A stretch of DNA of 62,937 nucleotides, filler included, from Craspedostauros australis (GCA_030167865.1; 17 parts of 17 records of this genome joined end to end with filler, not necessarily neighbours in it), one strand, 5' to 3'; shown: positions 33,999 to 46,012, numbered from the whole stretch's first letter. Translations and numbers: made by a program. The notes: a model not told the origin generated them from the letters alone.

Positions 33999-34586
33999 AT
34001 CAACTGCAAAAACAACGATGGTGACACTCCCCTTCATCGGGCATGCTGGAACGGCCACCTGGAGTGTGTCAAGTGCCTCATCGAATCATGTGAGGCGAAC
34101 ATCAACTGCAAAGACAACAATGGTTCCACTCCCCTTCATGAGGCATGCCGCAACGGCCACCTGGAGTGTGTCAAGTACCTCATCGAATCATGTGGGGCGG
34201 ACATCAACTGCAAAACCAACAATGGTTCCACTCCCCTTCATCGGGCATGCTACAACCGCCTCCTGGAGTGTGTCAAGTACCTCATCGAATCAGGTAGGGC
34301 TAACATCAACTGTCAAAACAACAAAGGTGAAACTCCCCTTCATTGGGCATGCACGCGTGGCCACCTGGAGTGTATGGAGTCCCTCATCAGAGGACTTTCA
34401 CCTTCAGCTCACCCACAACTACAACAACTGCAGCAACACTTACAACAAAACGAACAAGCAAATGAACAACCACAAGAACAGTTGAGACAGCAGTTGAAGC
34501 GAAAGACCCAAGAGAATGAACACAAGCACAGCAGCAACAAGAGGACCAACGTCAGCATTGGAGAAGACCGACTCAAATCCTTCTAA
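33999..34586 (+). CDS. Ankyrin-repeat protein, 5'-truncated; four 34-aa (102-bp) repeats followed by a Gln-rich coil
   Basis: This frame is not in the ORF track. It reads INCKNNDGDTPLHRACWNGHLECVKCLIESCEAN / INCKDNNGSTPLHEACRNGHLECVKYLIESCGAD / INCKTNNGSTPLHRACYNRLLECVKYLIESGRAN / INCQNNKGETPLHWACTRGHLECMESL. The same frame reopens after TAA 34584-34586. Confidence 0.93.
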   Translation: MNCKNNDGDTPLHRACWNGHLECVKCLIESCEANINCKDNNGSTPLHEACRNGHLECVKYLIESCGADINCKTNNGSTPLHRACYNRLLECVKYLIESGRANINCQNNKGETPLHWACTRGHLECMESLIRGLSPSAHPQLQQLQQHLQQNEQANEQPQEQLRQQLKRKTQENEHKHSSNKRTNVSIGEDRLKSF

Positions 34587-35758
34587 ACTGGGAACAGGGC
34601 AGACACCATCTCCTTGTGTGGACAGGGCGACGAACAGCAACCAATCAAGACAAATGCCGAAGTTCTCATGATCGCTTTCCCATCCATCGAGACACTGATC
34701 GACGAAGGAATCCAACATCAGCATGCGAACGATGGCAACCAAGACGGCGTGCCCCCATCCAAACAACCATCCCTCTCCCCAACCTTCAACCAAAACAAGT
34801 CCGATACTTCCTCCAATACGACTATGTTGGATGCTGTTGTTCGATTTCGGCGTTGTTCGTTTTCTTGCTTCGATGATGTATGCCAACACGTGTTACATGA
34901 CTGTTCAATCATTAACCGCTATTTACCTGTTACTCCAATTTTGACACTGTTGGGGAAGACACCTACATTCCCGGTCTACCAGTGGTTTCGTTGCATCCCG
35001 ACGAAGACCAGACCAGGCAAGGAAACCCAACCGAGACCACACGATCGCTGTGCCAAGTCAGCGATAAGATCACAGCAGCAACAAACAGCAACAAAGCAAA
35101 GAGAGCAAACAAACATTATAAAGATCAATTGTAACTATCTGATTTACCACCCATAGTAGTACAATCACACAGCAACATCGTCTGGAACTGTCCTTCGGCT
35201 CGAAGCCGGGTAGAGACAGGCGAGAGCGCTGTTGTTTCAACAACAATTGCTGCAACGAGTAAGGAACACCCGGTAAAATGGGTCGAATTAGTCCATCGTT
35301 GAGAAAGCTGGCCCAGCCAATCAAACCTTGTTGAATTGGCAATGACAAATCTTCCTGCGAAAAGAATGCTCTCGACTCCAATCTTCGTTCTCAGGAACTC
35401 TTCGTGGGTCGTCGCTGACAGTTTCATTTATGGCAGAACCGAGGATAAACTCCGAAAGTGAACCTGAAGTTGTGTGTCGTGATTTGATCCCGAACAGTCA
35501 TGTAACAACGACGCCCATGATTTAAATAGCCTTCATTAGATTTCAATAGCCGCCTCCAGACTTTACTAGCTGTTGTTAGAGAAATTTAGATATTGGATCT
35601 GTGTGTCATCGGTATTGATGGGACTCGATTCTGCAGGCAAGTGACATTTGTGGCTCGCTGTATTTCTCCGGAATACAGCCAACAGACGATCGTGCGAAGT
35701 TCTTCGAAGGAAGACTTGTTCTTCGTCAATGGCAGGATGTCCATTGTGACATTCTCGT

Positions 35759-35837
35759 GTCTCGGTGACAAAATCGTTGTTAGGTGTCGAATTAGTCGCA
35801 CTAGTCGAATTTCCGTTTCCGTTGCTTTTTGCGGGTG
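35759..35837 (+). repeat. Dispersed repeat (about 80 bp), also at 55351-55430
   Basis: GGTGACAAAATCGTT..GGTGTCGAATTAGTCG.ACTAGTCGA.TTTCCGTTTCC.TTGCTTTTTGC is shared between two contigs. Confidence 0.8.
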
Positions 35838-36684
35838 GATTTGTTGAAGAGATCTCGGGAACTGGGTGAACAAATCAAGGAAAAAAACTGGCGCGCAGCG
35901 TTCCTCCGCACACGCACTTTTCCACAAGCGAGTGTCGTTCCTGGGAGAACGACAACAACACAGCCCCATCGCACTATTCCTCTCTGTGTGTCTCACTGCA
36001 CGTGCACTTGTGTTCTCATCTGCGACGATCACTTCCTTGGCAACACACCATCCACACAGCATCTGGCAACAAAATACAATCAACGAACAGATTGTACTCC
36101 GAAGCACAGCATCACCACACAGCAATCGACAAGCGTTGCCAGGTGTTCACAAACCTCTCTCCGGCCGAAGCCAGATACAAACCAAAGGTACGTTCCGCTC
36201 ATCAATCAATTGCAGACGCAGATTTGCAACATGAATGAATGTCTGTATGGCCAAGAGTGAATGATGGGAAGATTCGTTCGCAACTCTCGTCCTACCCGAC
36301 GCAGCGTGATGCCTCAAGTTGGAGCACACATCGAGAGCATCGGCATCACCGGCAGCATCTGGGGAGGATGCTCCCTCCGGATCAGCTGCCATCGTCATGG
36401 GAGGTGTGATGCGTAATTATGCCACGCGTCCCCCACACTTGTCGTTCCGATCACATGCTTGCCTTTGCATGTTGGTTGCATACGGTGTCATCGCCGCCGA
36501 CTCCGCTCTAATCTGTTCTGCCCAACTCAACTCAACCCCACACGTTTCGTACCCCACCGGTACGAGTACTTCTGTTCCCGCACTTCGCAATGCGCTGCGC
36601 TACACTACTCCATCCGTGTCAATCACGTACATGAATCGCAGTACACAATCCAAGCAACCGACAAGCAGCAACCACCAAGCAACC

Positions 36685-37655
36685 ATGATCCACACCAAGG
36701 CAGCCTTGGTCGCCTTTCTCGCTCTCGCCAACACGGCGACGGTCGACGCCGTGCTCCGCGGCAACAGGACTCCCGTGGATCCAACCGAGGAACTCCACAT
36801 GATGATGGCGAAGACCCGCATTCTCAAGCAGGCCATCGGCGACACGAAGACCAACAAGAACAACCCCACTGAGAACCCGACTGATCCAGAAACAACTGCG
36901 CCAACCGCATTGCCTACGGGGCCGCCGACTACCTCGCCAACCCAGATGCCCTCCATGACGCCTGTCGCTCCGCCAACCGCGTCGCCAACGTCTCAACCAA
37001 CTCTCCTGCCAACATCCAAGCCATCAGCTGCCCCAATCGCAATCACCTTCGACTCCACCATCGAAGTCATTTGCAGGCCGGATAGTATGACCGCCCTCTC
37101 ACAGCAAGAGGTAAGCGCCAAGACCATCATCTGCAACTCTGCCAAGGCATCCTGCCGTGTGGCAGTGGCCGCCGTCAAGGAATCCGAGCAGCTGCAGAAC
37201 TTCTTCGCGTGCGCAGGAGACCTGGGAGAAGCGGCGGCACGCAAGCTCTTCAACAAATACGCATCCAGCGACATCCTTGCTGGCCAATTGGCGTTGATCG
37301 CTGCCACCAACCCGCTCCTCGTCACTGAACGTCCGGATGCAATGAAGACAGCATGCGCGGCCATGGCGGCGATGCAATCGCCTGCCGTCGCAGACCCATG
37401 CTGCCAAGGATCTTCGGGATGCACCTCAGTCACCGGTTCCGCCTCCAACTCCCCTCCATTCATGACCATCGCAATCACGGCATGCACTGGCGACAGCGCC
37501 TGCAAGGATATGGGCCCCAATCCCCTCATTCTCGATTCCTCCTGCACTGGCACGAGTGCATGCGAGTTGATGAACGAAAATGAAATCAACCCGTCCATCA
37601 CGGGAGTCACCTTCGTCGGTGAGATGGCATGCACCACCCCTCAATCTTGCGAGGG
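36685..37655 (+). CDS. Paralog of the secreted Cys-rich/mucin protein at 3836, 3'-truncated by the contig end
   Basis: MIHTKAALVAFLALANTATVDAVLRGNRTPVDPTEELHMMMAKTRILK...PCCQGSSGCTSVTGSASNSPPF aligns with 3836-4770, with mostly synonymous changes in the core. Confidence 0.9.
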
Positions 37656-39068
37656 NNNNNNNNNNNNNNNNNNNNNNNNNNNNNNNNNNNNNNNNNNNNT
37701 TAATTAATTAANNNNNNNNNNNNNNNNNNNNNNNNNNNNNNNNNNNNNNNNNNNNATGGGAAAGGGGAGGTTGGGCCTGAGCGATCTACACGCTCCGAAT
37801 TGATGTTGCTCGCAATCCTCTTGCGAGGGCTCCGGACTCCGGCAGACAGTTTGTTGACTTTCAATTGCTCGCGGATCCGTGTGGTGTTGGCCTTTTCGAA
37901 TTCCACCAATGGAAGGAGATGAACATGACATTCATACATCAGGTTGCGCAGGTTTGCGGATGACGCGGATGCTGGAGATGGTGCGGGGCATGATTTCCTA
38001 CCGCTTGGCATCACGAGGCCAACGACTCAAGCAACAGAATTGACGATCAGCGACGGCAGTGGACAAATTGCAGCGGCTCCCGAAATATGTGAAACTACGG
38101 ACACGCTCCTGCACCATTGTGAGCGCTGCGCTTTTGTGGTTCCATCATGGTTCGAAGATCGACTTGGCGTCGTCTACTTGTCTCATACTCGACAATACAC
38201 TGCATGCCTTGGTCGATGCCCGATCCAGTTTTGTTGTCTTGATCGAAAATGTGGGTGTGAAATTGGCGCACTTCGGTCGAATCTGATTGGATGGGAATCA
38301 TCAATGGTTAAGTGCAAATGTCGTTTGTTGCTCGCAAGGACAAACTACATTTAACAAACGAACAACGAAGAGCCAAAGTATGTCCGAAAATCAAGAAAAC
38401 GACACGACGAGATCACCAATGATGGATTCGTGTACCAACCACCCAATCTCCGACGCACCAATCAAAAGCAACAAGCAGAACAGAATGTCCGCCCCCAGCA
38501 AACTCACATCACACATCGCACACCCAACGACTATGCTCTTTCCCATTCACTGCGGATGCTTCAATCGTCGCATCTGAGACGATCGGCGCCGACAGCCAAC
38601 ACAACTCCAAATGGCAGCCAACGAAGAACAGATCGATTGTATTCTACCNTGTTGCGTTCGGCCACCAGGGAAGTAATCATTACACACTCGATCGTCTCTC
38701 ACGATGCCAAGGCAAATGATGAGAAATTGAGGCTACAATCGATGAGAATAAAAAGTAAAAATCAATAGAGAATGAATGGACAGACGGATTGATGTAGCAC
38801 TTGTTGCTCTCTCTCTCTCTCTCTTGCACTTGCTCTCTCGTTGTGTTGGCGCTGCGTCACACTCACTCATTCGCCAAAATAAATATCGCATACAGTTGCA
38901 CATACATTCTCCAATCACAACCACGTATGCACCAATGAGCGACCGTTGAGCTGTTGCCGCCGATCTCCNNNNNNNNNNNNNNNNNNNNNNNNNNNNNNNN
39001 NNNNNNNNNNNNTTAATTAATTAANNNNNNNNNNNNNNNNNNNNNNNNNNNNNNNNNNNNNNNNNNNN

Positions 39069-40274
39069 CCACGATCGTAGGTTACCGTGAGCGGAACTTG
39101 CCAACACGTTTATAAACGATAGATCAGGGCAAGCCCGCGGATCGGATCGTGCAAGGAAGACGAACATCATTCAAGAGCAGCAGGCTGAATGAGCGAGAAA
39201 GAGGAATTGAAAGACATCCCTCTGTCCAATCCGACTATCAAGAGAGAAGAAGGTGCAAGTGAGACTCCACCACGAGAAGAGAAGGAAGCAGCCGCGGCTA
39301 CTGTCCTATCAAGCGCAGACGCAAGCGCGATCGACGAGACCGAAGAAGAACAGTCTGCAAGACTACACCATAAGGAGAAGAGGATTCTCAAGGCGATCAA
39401 GCAAGAGGAGACTGGTGTGACGAAGAGCTTTCGCACAGCCAAACAGGGTGGGAAAAGTGAGACACCACCAGGAGGAGAATTTGTGACGAAAACAATCTCC
39501 GCGCAACAACAGGCGAAAATCGAAAAAGTGACAACACAGAAACTGACGGAAATCAAGGGCGCGAGCGCACCAACGACGAAACAACGAACCAACATGGCGA
39601 CATCAACCAACGTGAACAAGCGACGCATCAAGGCGCCGATGTTCAGCGGTGAACAGGAAGACTACAGCGCATGGGAGTCCCAAGCGAAGGCATACGCTCG
39701 TACACAGAAGACGAGAGACGTGATGTTGGGCAAGACCAAGGTGCCAACAGTGAGGGAAATCGCGGCAGCCGCCGATGAAGACAAGGAAGCGATGGAGGAG
39801 ATCTACGAACTGGGATGCGACTGCTTCAGTGATCTGATCCTCATGATAGATGCAGAGAAAGGAAAAGGCAAGCAGGCCATCCAATACATCAACCAATGCA
39901 TCTCCGACGACTACCCTGAAGGAGACGCACACGCAGCGTGGAACGTTCTCGCGGAGAAGTTCCGACCATCCGANNNNNNNNNNNNNNNNNNNNNNNNNNN
40001 NNNNNNNNNNNNNNNNNNNNNNNNNNNNNNNNNNNNNNNNNNNNNNNNNNNNNNNNNNNNNNNNNNNNNNNNNNNNNNNNNNNNNNNNNNNNNNNNNNNN
40101 NNNNCGGACGAGGAAATGATCATGCAAATCCTCAGCACGGTGAGCAACGAATACAAAACTCACATCGTGAACTTCCAACACCAACTCATATTCAATCCGG
40201 AACTGGTTACCATCAACACGATCAGAGGAGTACTCCGCACTGCATACGCCACGCACAGAGGAGGCAAAGCATAT
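39069..40274 (+). mobile_element. Copia 5' LTR end (to 39106), leader and gag ORF (39189 or 39594 onward)
   Basis: LTR end GGAACTTGCCAACA, then Gag motifs PMFSGEQEDYSAW, FSDLILMID, DYPEGDAHAAWNVLAEKFRP and DEEMIMQILSTVSNEY. Confidence 0.9.
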
Positions 40275-40374
40275 NNNNNNNNNNNNNNNNNNNNNNNNNN
40301 NNNNNNNNNNNNNNNNNNTTAATTAATTAANNNNNNNNNNNNNNNNNNNNNNNNNNNNNNNNNNNNNNNNNNNN

Positions 40375-40729
40375 ACTGAAGGTGAACTTCAAATGGTAAG
40401 TACTCATGGAGTAGAAGCCAGTACTGAATGAACGAAGTGTCGAATGCGGAGCACGCATTGAACACGGAGTATCGTGTAGCACAAGCACACGATGTTGAGA
40501 GAGAGAGAGAGAGAGAGAATACAGAGAGGAGCGAGAGAGGATCTCGCGTACCGACTCATAGTCGGAGACNGAATCTACNAAACAGATTGAAGCGCCGAGA
40601 GCATCGGGCAAGAGAACGAACGGACACCGAGAGTATCGGAGTGCCAACGTAATGAAATAGCAAATAGACGACTATCAACCAATACCATCTTCCACGATTG
40701 TAGGTTACCGTGAGCGGAACTTGCCAACA
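40375..40729 (+). mobile_element. 3' part of Copia LTR
   Basis: Matches 8210-8557 and 31287-31591. Confidence 0.9.
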
Positions 40730-42484
40730 GAATCGAACTACATGTTCTTCCATACGTTGTGAAGCTCTGCCTGCCACCAATGGCGTGAGGACTCGGTCGA
40801 CTGATTGTCGGTCGGTCCACAACCACCCCCCACATTAGCACTTCAATACAGGAGAGTAGAGTAATAAGTATACTCCTACGTATTGACGTACCACCGTGTG
40901 ACAATGTGAAGGAAGCTGCACAGGTCGCAATGAACATACAGGATGACCGTCGAAATGAGCACGTCATTTTGTTCCAAATCGAGCTTCCCACCAAGCAAAA
41001 CACAAAGAAAGCGAAAATCAGATAGAAATGGGTGCCACGTGTAGTGACAGGAGCTCCCGAAAAAGCGAATTCTGGCCGCTTGCATCACGTTTTGCCTCTA
41101 AAACGCTAGGCTGGCGCCATCATAACTTTATAACCAAAGGCTGGACTCACTGTCTAGAAGCTGGTACTTATTACCAATGTGTTAAAGTATGTATGGTTAA
41201 ATTTTAGTCTCCATAGGAGCCCATTTTTTCAGAATCCTGCCATGGTCGTACGGTAATTGGCTGACGTAGGTCCTATGGATATTGCATCATGCGTGGAAGC
41301 GATCTGAATCACTTCTGAGTCATACTGCCGACGGAGTTGCGTCTGTCGTCGTTCCCTCTCGGATGTGATGGCTCGTCCACGAAATGTCCGATGAGATTGT
41401 CCTCTGCTGAACAAAAGGTCGCGCCACACCACATCACCGATGTGCAGTTGATCATTGAAGTCCCCAGACGCGTATCTTTGTGCCATCGATGGCGTCGTGG
41501 TCAAATTGGTTGAGAAGTCGAGGACAGACGATGCCGCCGACTTTCGACACAAACGCGCCCCCACACGATCGTCATCCAAGGCGGAAGCCAGACGAGCATG
41601 GGAGCCTTCGTTCTATATGAATGATAGTACTATGTATCAGGCCGCCAAATTTTCCAGAGCGCATGGTCAGTAAACACAAAGTTCCTTCGTCACACGTGCA
41701 TCGCTTGGGCTTGCGCAGGCATGGGCCAGATGGCGGGCTTCGTTCGAGCGGAATGGTCGGAGTTGTGGCATCTTGGTGTCCCAAGCGACACCTTCATGAC
41801 TAGACTCCGTGTCTCGTGTTCAGTGTAAACATGTCCGAACGGAGAAGTGATGAAGAAGGTCAAGCCGGAACGGCCAACGATGATCCTCTCTCGCTTCAGT
41901 ACGTCCGTTTGAATCCCCGAAATCCTCTCTGCGACATCGGAGGCGCTATTTTGACAGGCCAATCAGCGTTCACGGACCAATTGAACAGAAAAGAGGCGCG
42001 ACCAATCTCAGACGCGCTTCCCAAGAGTGGTTTTTTACACGCTACAAACATGAAATGACGAATTTGGCGATCAAACTGACATCTGATTCCGTTACCTTGT
42101 CCGGTGGTCTGCTTAAGCCCTCCATAGTTGTGTCTCATGTGTTCGGATCCACCCGCGGGATTTTGTCAACGCCAGCGTCAATTTGGGTTCGTGCTCTCGT
42201 TTTGTGTTCTGTCTGTGTGCTTGCCGCTGAAATTGTGGCGAGGACCACGTGCGAGACGCAAACCCACGCAATCGTAAACTTGGGGCAATCGTTTGCCACC
42301 GCGAAAGGAATATGGCGATGGTGGTCCCCCACCGCGTCTTTCGCCAACCCACTGGTGGAAGGACCATACCATACCACACCACACTGCACTCCACAACGCA
42401 TCGAGCAGTACTCGACTGCACATCTTCCCCACCTTGTTGGTAGCTCTGACTTGACTGCTGCTTCGCACATCGTCGCGACAAAGA

Positions 42485-42548
42485 GCACAAGCACAAACAA
42501 GCACAAACAAGCACAAACAAGCACAAACAAGCACAAACAAACACAAAG
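42485..42548 (+). repeat. 10-bp tandem repeat (GCACAAACAA), 5 or more units
   Basis: Read directly from the sequence. Confidence 0.9.
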
Positions 42549-43340
42549 ACATCCAAGAGCGGCCTCTTCCTCTCACAAAACTTGATCATCTCACAATCCA
42601 AACCGACAAGCAACCACAACCAGCTGCAGAACAAACAAAAGGTAAGAAGACATGCAGCACTCTCCACCCCCGACAGTGACTACCGTTGCCATCGCGGCTG
42701 AAGCAAGTTGCCATTCCAATGACAAACACAAACATCATGGCGGTGGCAGCGGCAACGGCAGCAGGGCCATGGCAGATCGACTTCAACATCGCAGACGTCC
42801 ACACGGTGGCGCAGACNNNNNNNNNNNNNNNNNNNNNNNNNNNNNNNNNNNNNNNNNNNNTTAATTAATTAANNNNNNNNNNNNNNNNNNNNNNNNNNNN
42901 NNNNNNNNNNNNNNNNACTGCATCTTGTTGTTTTTTGGCTTTTTTCATTCTGGTCCACGGATCCTTCGCCTCTCCATGCGATTCCACACATTCGACAGCC
43001 ACAGAGCCAGCATGTTCCCCTCTCTTCGAAGGGGGGCTGCGGATGTTGTTCCAACTCTCTTGCCAGTTGGCTTGTTGCATTCCATCAGCAGGATTCATCT
43101 AGTTACAACAATCAAAGGTTGCACATTCTGACTCCACTATTTATGGTATGCTCGTTTGCCTTGCTGATGTGGTTTACTTGCATCACCGCGGCTCTGTCGT
43201 GCAGCCCTCCCCCGGGTCCTCATCCCAGCAGTAGCAGCCTCTCCTGGTTCTTTCTCTTTGTCATCATACTGGTGTTGTGATTATTGTTGTTCTTCCATAC
43301 CTTCTTCTGCTGTTGTTGGTGGCGCTGCTGCAGGCTGCAG

Positions 43341-44210
43341 TGCGGTGTCAACGGAGATGACGGACAACCCCGATGTCCATATCCCTGGTCCCATCACAGA
43401 GGACGAGATCCAGGTACCGAGATCGTTCCTGTCGGCTGACCGGCACTCAAAGATGACGGCCGAAGAGCTCAGCGATCGGTGGCACCTCAGCCTCGAGCAA
43501 GCACGGCTTACTCTTTGGGCTACGACTTGGAACCTCGTGCGATCGGCGGTCATGCTGTTGGCTCGGCGCTACCGTGCCGATCGCATGTACATCCTAAAGC
43601 GGATCCAGGGGACTATGGCAACGGATACGATGCATGCCCGATGTGAGGATCTACATGGGCACAAGTACTCGCAGATCTTCACATCTCCTCAATTCTTCGT
43701 TGAGGCATACCGCATGTTTCGGAAGTCGGAGGCACATGAGGCTCTTGACACCTTCGTCCGTGACTATGGGGCTCCGGATATACTCGTCGCAGACGGTGCG
43801 CCAGAGCAGGTTGGACCACACAGCCAATTCCGAAAACGATGTCGCAAGTACAACATCCAGTTGCATGTCACGGAAGTTGAGCGGCACAACCAGAACCCGG
43901 CGGAAGGTGTCATTCGNNNNNNNNNNNNNNNNTGGTACAGGGTCATGTTCAGGACGAACTGTCCCAGACGATTGTGGAGCTACGGGTTGACCCACCTCGC
44001 TGCCATCATGCAGCGCACAGCCAGCAATGCAGGAGGCTTACAGGGACGCACACCGATTGAGCGATTGACTGGTGAGACGCTGGACATTTCGGAGTACCTC
44101 GATTTTGGATTCTACGATCGAGTGTGGTTCAAGCCGAACGCGGGGCTGGGTGAAATACAGGTGGGGCGATTCCTTGGTGTGGCACGGACGACAGGATCGT
44201 TGATGTCATA
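43341..44210 (+). mobile_element. Integrase fragment of a second Copia lineage (CoDi-I/Blackbeard-like)
   Basis: RHSKMTAEELSDRW, LARRYRADR, TDTM (D), VADGAPEQ (D), HNQNPAEGVI (E), RLWSYG, TGETLDISEYLDFGFYD and GRFLGV....GSLMSY. Homology stops abruptly at 44210. Confidence 0.92.
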
Positions 44211-44435
44211 TGACCCGGGTGAGTGAGTCGACCAACCTTTGGTAAAGTAGAGTGGCAATTTTTCTTCGATTACAACGGAACTAAGCATGCCAACCTAATT
44301 ATTATAGTGTCCATAGCAACAGGAAAATTACCCAGAATCTTAAAGTTTATAATTTAAGTTTTATGGATCATCAAATATTTGGAATCGTTTGGGTCAAACG
44401 TAGTGTTCCACAATGTAGTTTTGCCGGAAGTTCTT
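44211..44435 (+). mobile_element. Putative Tc1/mariner-type DNA transposon terminus inserted at TA
   Basis: TA + 10 nt + GAGTGAGTCGACCAAC...TTTAAGTTTTATGGA. A homologous end lies at 49855-50081 (minus strand). No transposase is seen. Confidence 0.55.
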
Positions 44436-45283
44436 TGCTATTCCGAGTTAATAACGATTGGTGTCCATTCACGTTGGTGTCTCCAGCTTTTTCCTTCCTC
44501 CTCGTTCGTTTGGAACACGTTAAACAACGTTAGCTGCTGCGGAATCGATTGACATTTTGTGCTTGTCGGCATCACACACATCATCACCACATGCGCACGC
44601 ACACATCGTCGCCACGCAGACACAAAAAAAACCGTCACATTTTTTGCATCTTTCCAAAGGTGCCTCCGCCGATGCAATGCTCATTGCATCTGTTTTGCTG
44701 CGGTTGTAGTATGAGTAGTGAGAGTACTAGTGACATTGGCGGTTGTTGTTTTCGCTGCTGCATCCAACACCTCCATCGGCATCACCTCCTCCACCCGCTT
44801 TCATTCAGCGTTCTACGGTGCGATTCATCAATCAANNNNNNNNNNNNNNNNNNNNNNNNNNNNNNNNNNNNNNNNNNNNTTAATTAATTAANNNNNNNNN
44901 NNNNNNNNNNNNNNNNNNNNNNNNNNNNNNNNNNNCAGTCATGGATGCTGTACAGCACACATTCTCAGTACTCTTGAAATGCTTAGGTCGATCAAGTCGA
45001 AAATTCAGAATGAGAAGTCCTCCACAAAATCTGAACACGAAACAACAACAATCGAAGGGAAGAAAAGATCCAACATGTGAAGTATCACTCACATCGACAC
45101 TCGTGCTGATGTCCACAATCTCATCGGAGCAGAAGCAAGAACACCCACTCCACGCAGCTGCTTTGATCCATACGTGATTGTATGGTGCACACACAGGAAG
45201 TCTCCAATTTCATCATCTCAGAATCGCAGACAAAACACACAACACACAGAGACACAAACAGAGAGCAGGACGCGCCAACAACC

Positions 45284-46012
45284 ATGCCGTCAGGAAACAC
45301 CTCCCGAAAGAATAACTCGGCCAATGCGAAAGTATCCATGCACCAGATATTCGACGAGGGTGCATTCCGCTACGTCTACAAGGGCAACTACACGAGTGGC
45401 CCACGCGCTGGAGAAGAGTGCGTTGCCAAGAAGTTCAAGACCGGCAGTGTCTATGAGGCGCACTACTTTGACACGGATATCAAGACCGTCGACAAGGCCA
45501 TCAACATCATCGAGAAATGGAATCAAAAGAGTTTCATTGACAAGATGGTCATGGTCAACACTCCAGGAGTTTGGGAGTTGACAGACGGTGAGGAAGCTGG
45601 CGCAAAGCTGCTTGTGGAGCCGTTCATCGAGAACTACGAGAAATTCAACTCCAACAGCGGCTGGAACGAGACCGGCATCGCCTGGGGACGCGCAATGCAG
45701 GCGCTGTCCCATTTCTCCTACCACATCACCGGTGGTCAGTGCCTGCTCTGCGATCTGCAGGGCGGATCCTACTCCAACGGCATCGTCCTCACGGATCCCG
45801 TCATCATCTCCAGAACGCAGGGCGCCTACGGTCCCACCGATCTTGGTCGCACGGGCATCAGCTCCTTCTTCTCCAGCCACCGTTGCAACGAATACTGCAG
45901 GCGCGCGTGGTCGATGCCCACGGATCGAACCCGCTATCACGAACAGAACCAGGGCACGAGCATGATCCATGTGCCCACGCAGTACAGTCGATTTCCCATG
46001 AGCCGGCGTTGA
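45284..46012 (+). CDS. Stand-alone alpha-kinase (eEF2K/MHCK family)
   Basis: FDEGAFRYVYKG, CVAKKFK, LVEPFIENYEKFNSNSGW, QALSHFSYH, LCDLQG, LTDPVI, GPTDLG and FF..H.CN..C. The start could alternatively be 45182. Confidence 0.95.
   Translation: MPSGNTSRKNNSANAKVSMHQIFDEGAFRYVYKGNYTSGPRAGEECVAKKFKTGSVYEAHYFDTDIKTVDKAINIIEKWNQKSFIDKMVMVNTPGVWELTDGEEAGAKLLVEPFIENYEKFNSNSGWNETGIAWGRAMQALSHFSYHITGGQCLLCDLQGGSYSNGIVLTDPVIISRTQGAYGPTDLGRTGISSFFSSHRCNEYCRRAWSMPTDRTRYHEQNQGTSMIHVPTQYSRFPMSRR

Noticed and set aside
33999..34385. Diversity-generating retroelement or CRISPR-like array
   Set aside because: Variation is not adenine-specific and there is no template/variable repeat pair. The only RT present is Copia-type. 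The units are in-frame ankyrin repeats with no spacers.
37756..38968. Short ORFs on this contig (also 1567-2307, 41229-42058, 50124-51600, 62300-62937)
   Set aside because: No recognisable motifs, codon bias or consistent splice pattern.
42737..42816. Start of a gene (MAVAAATAAGPWQIDFNIADVHTVAQ)
   Set aside because: Only 26 codons before the contig end, so it cannot be assigned.
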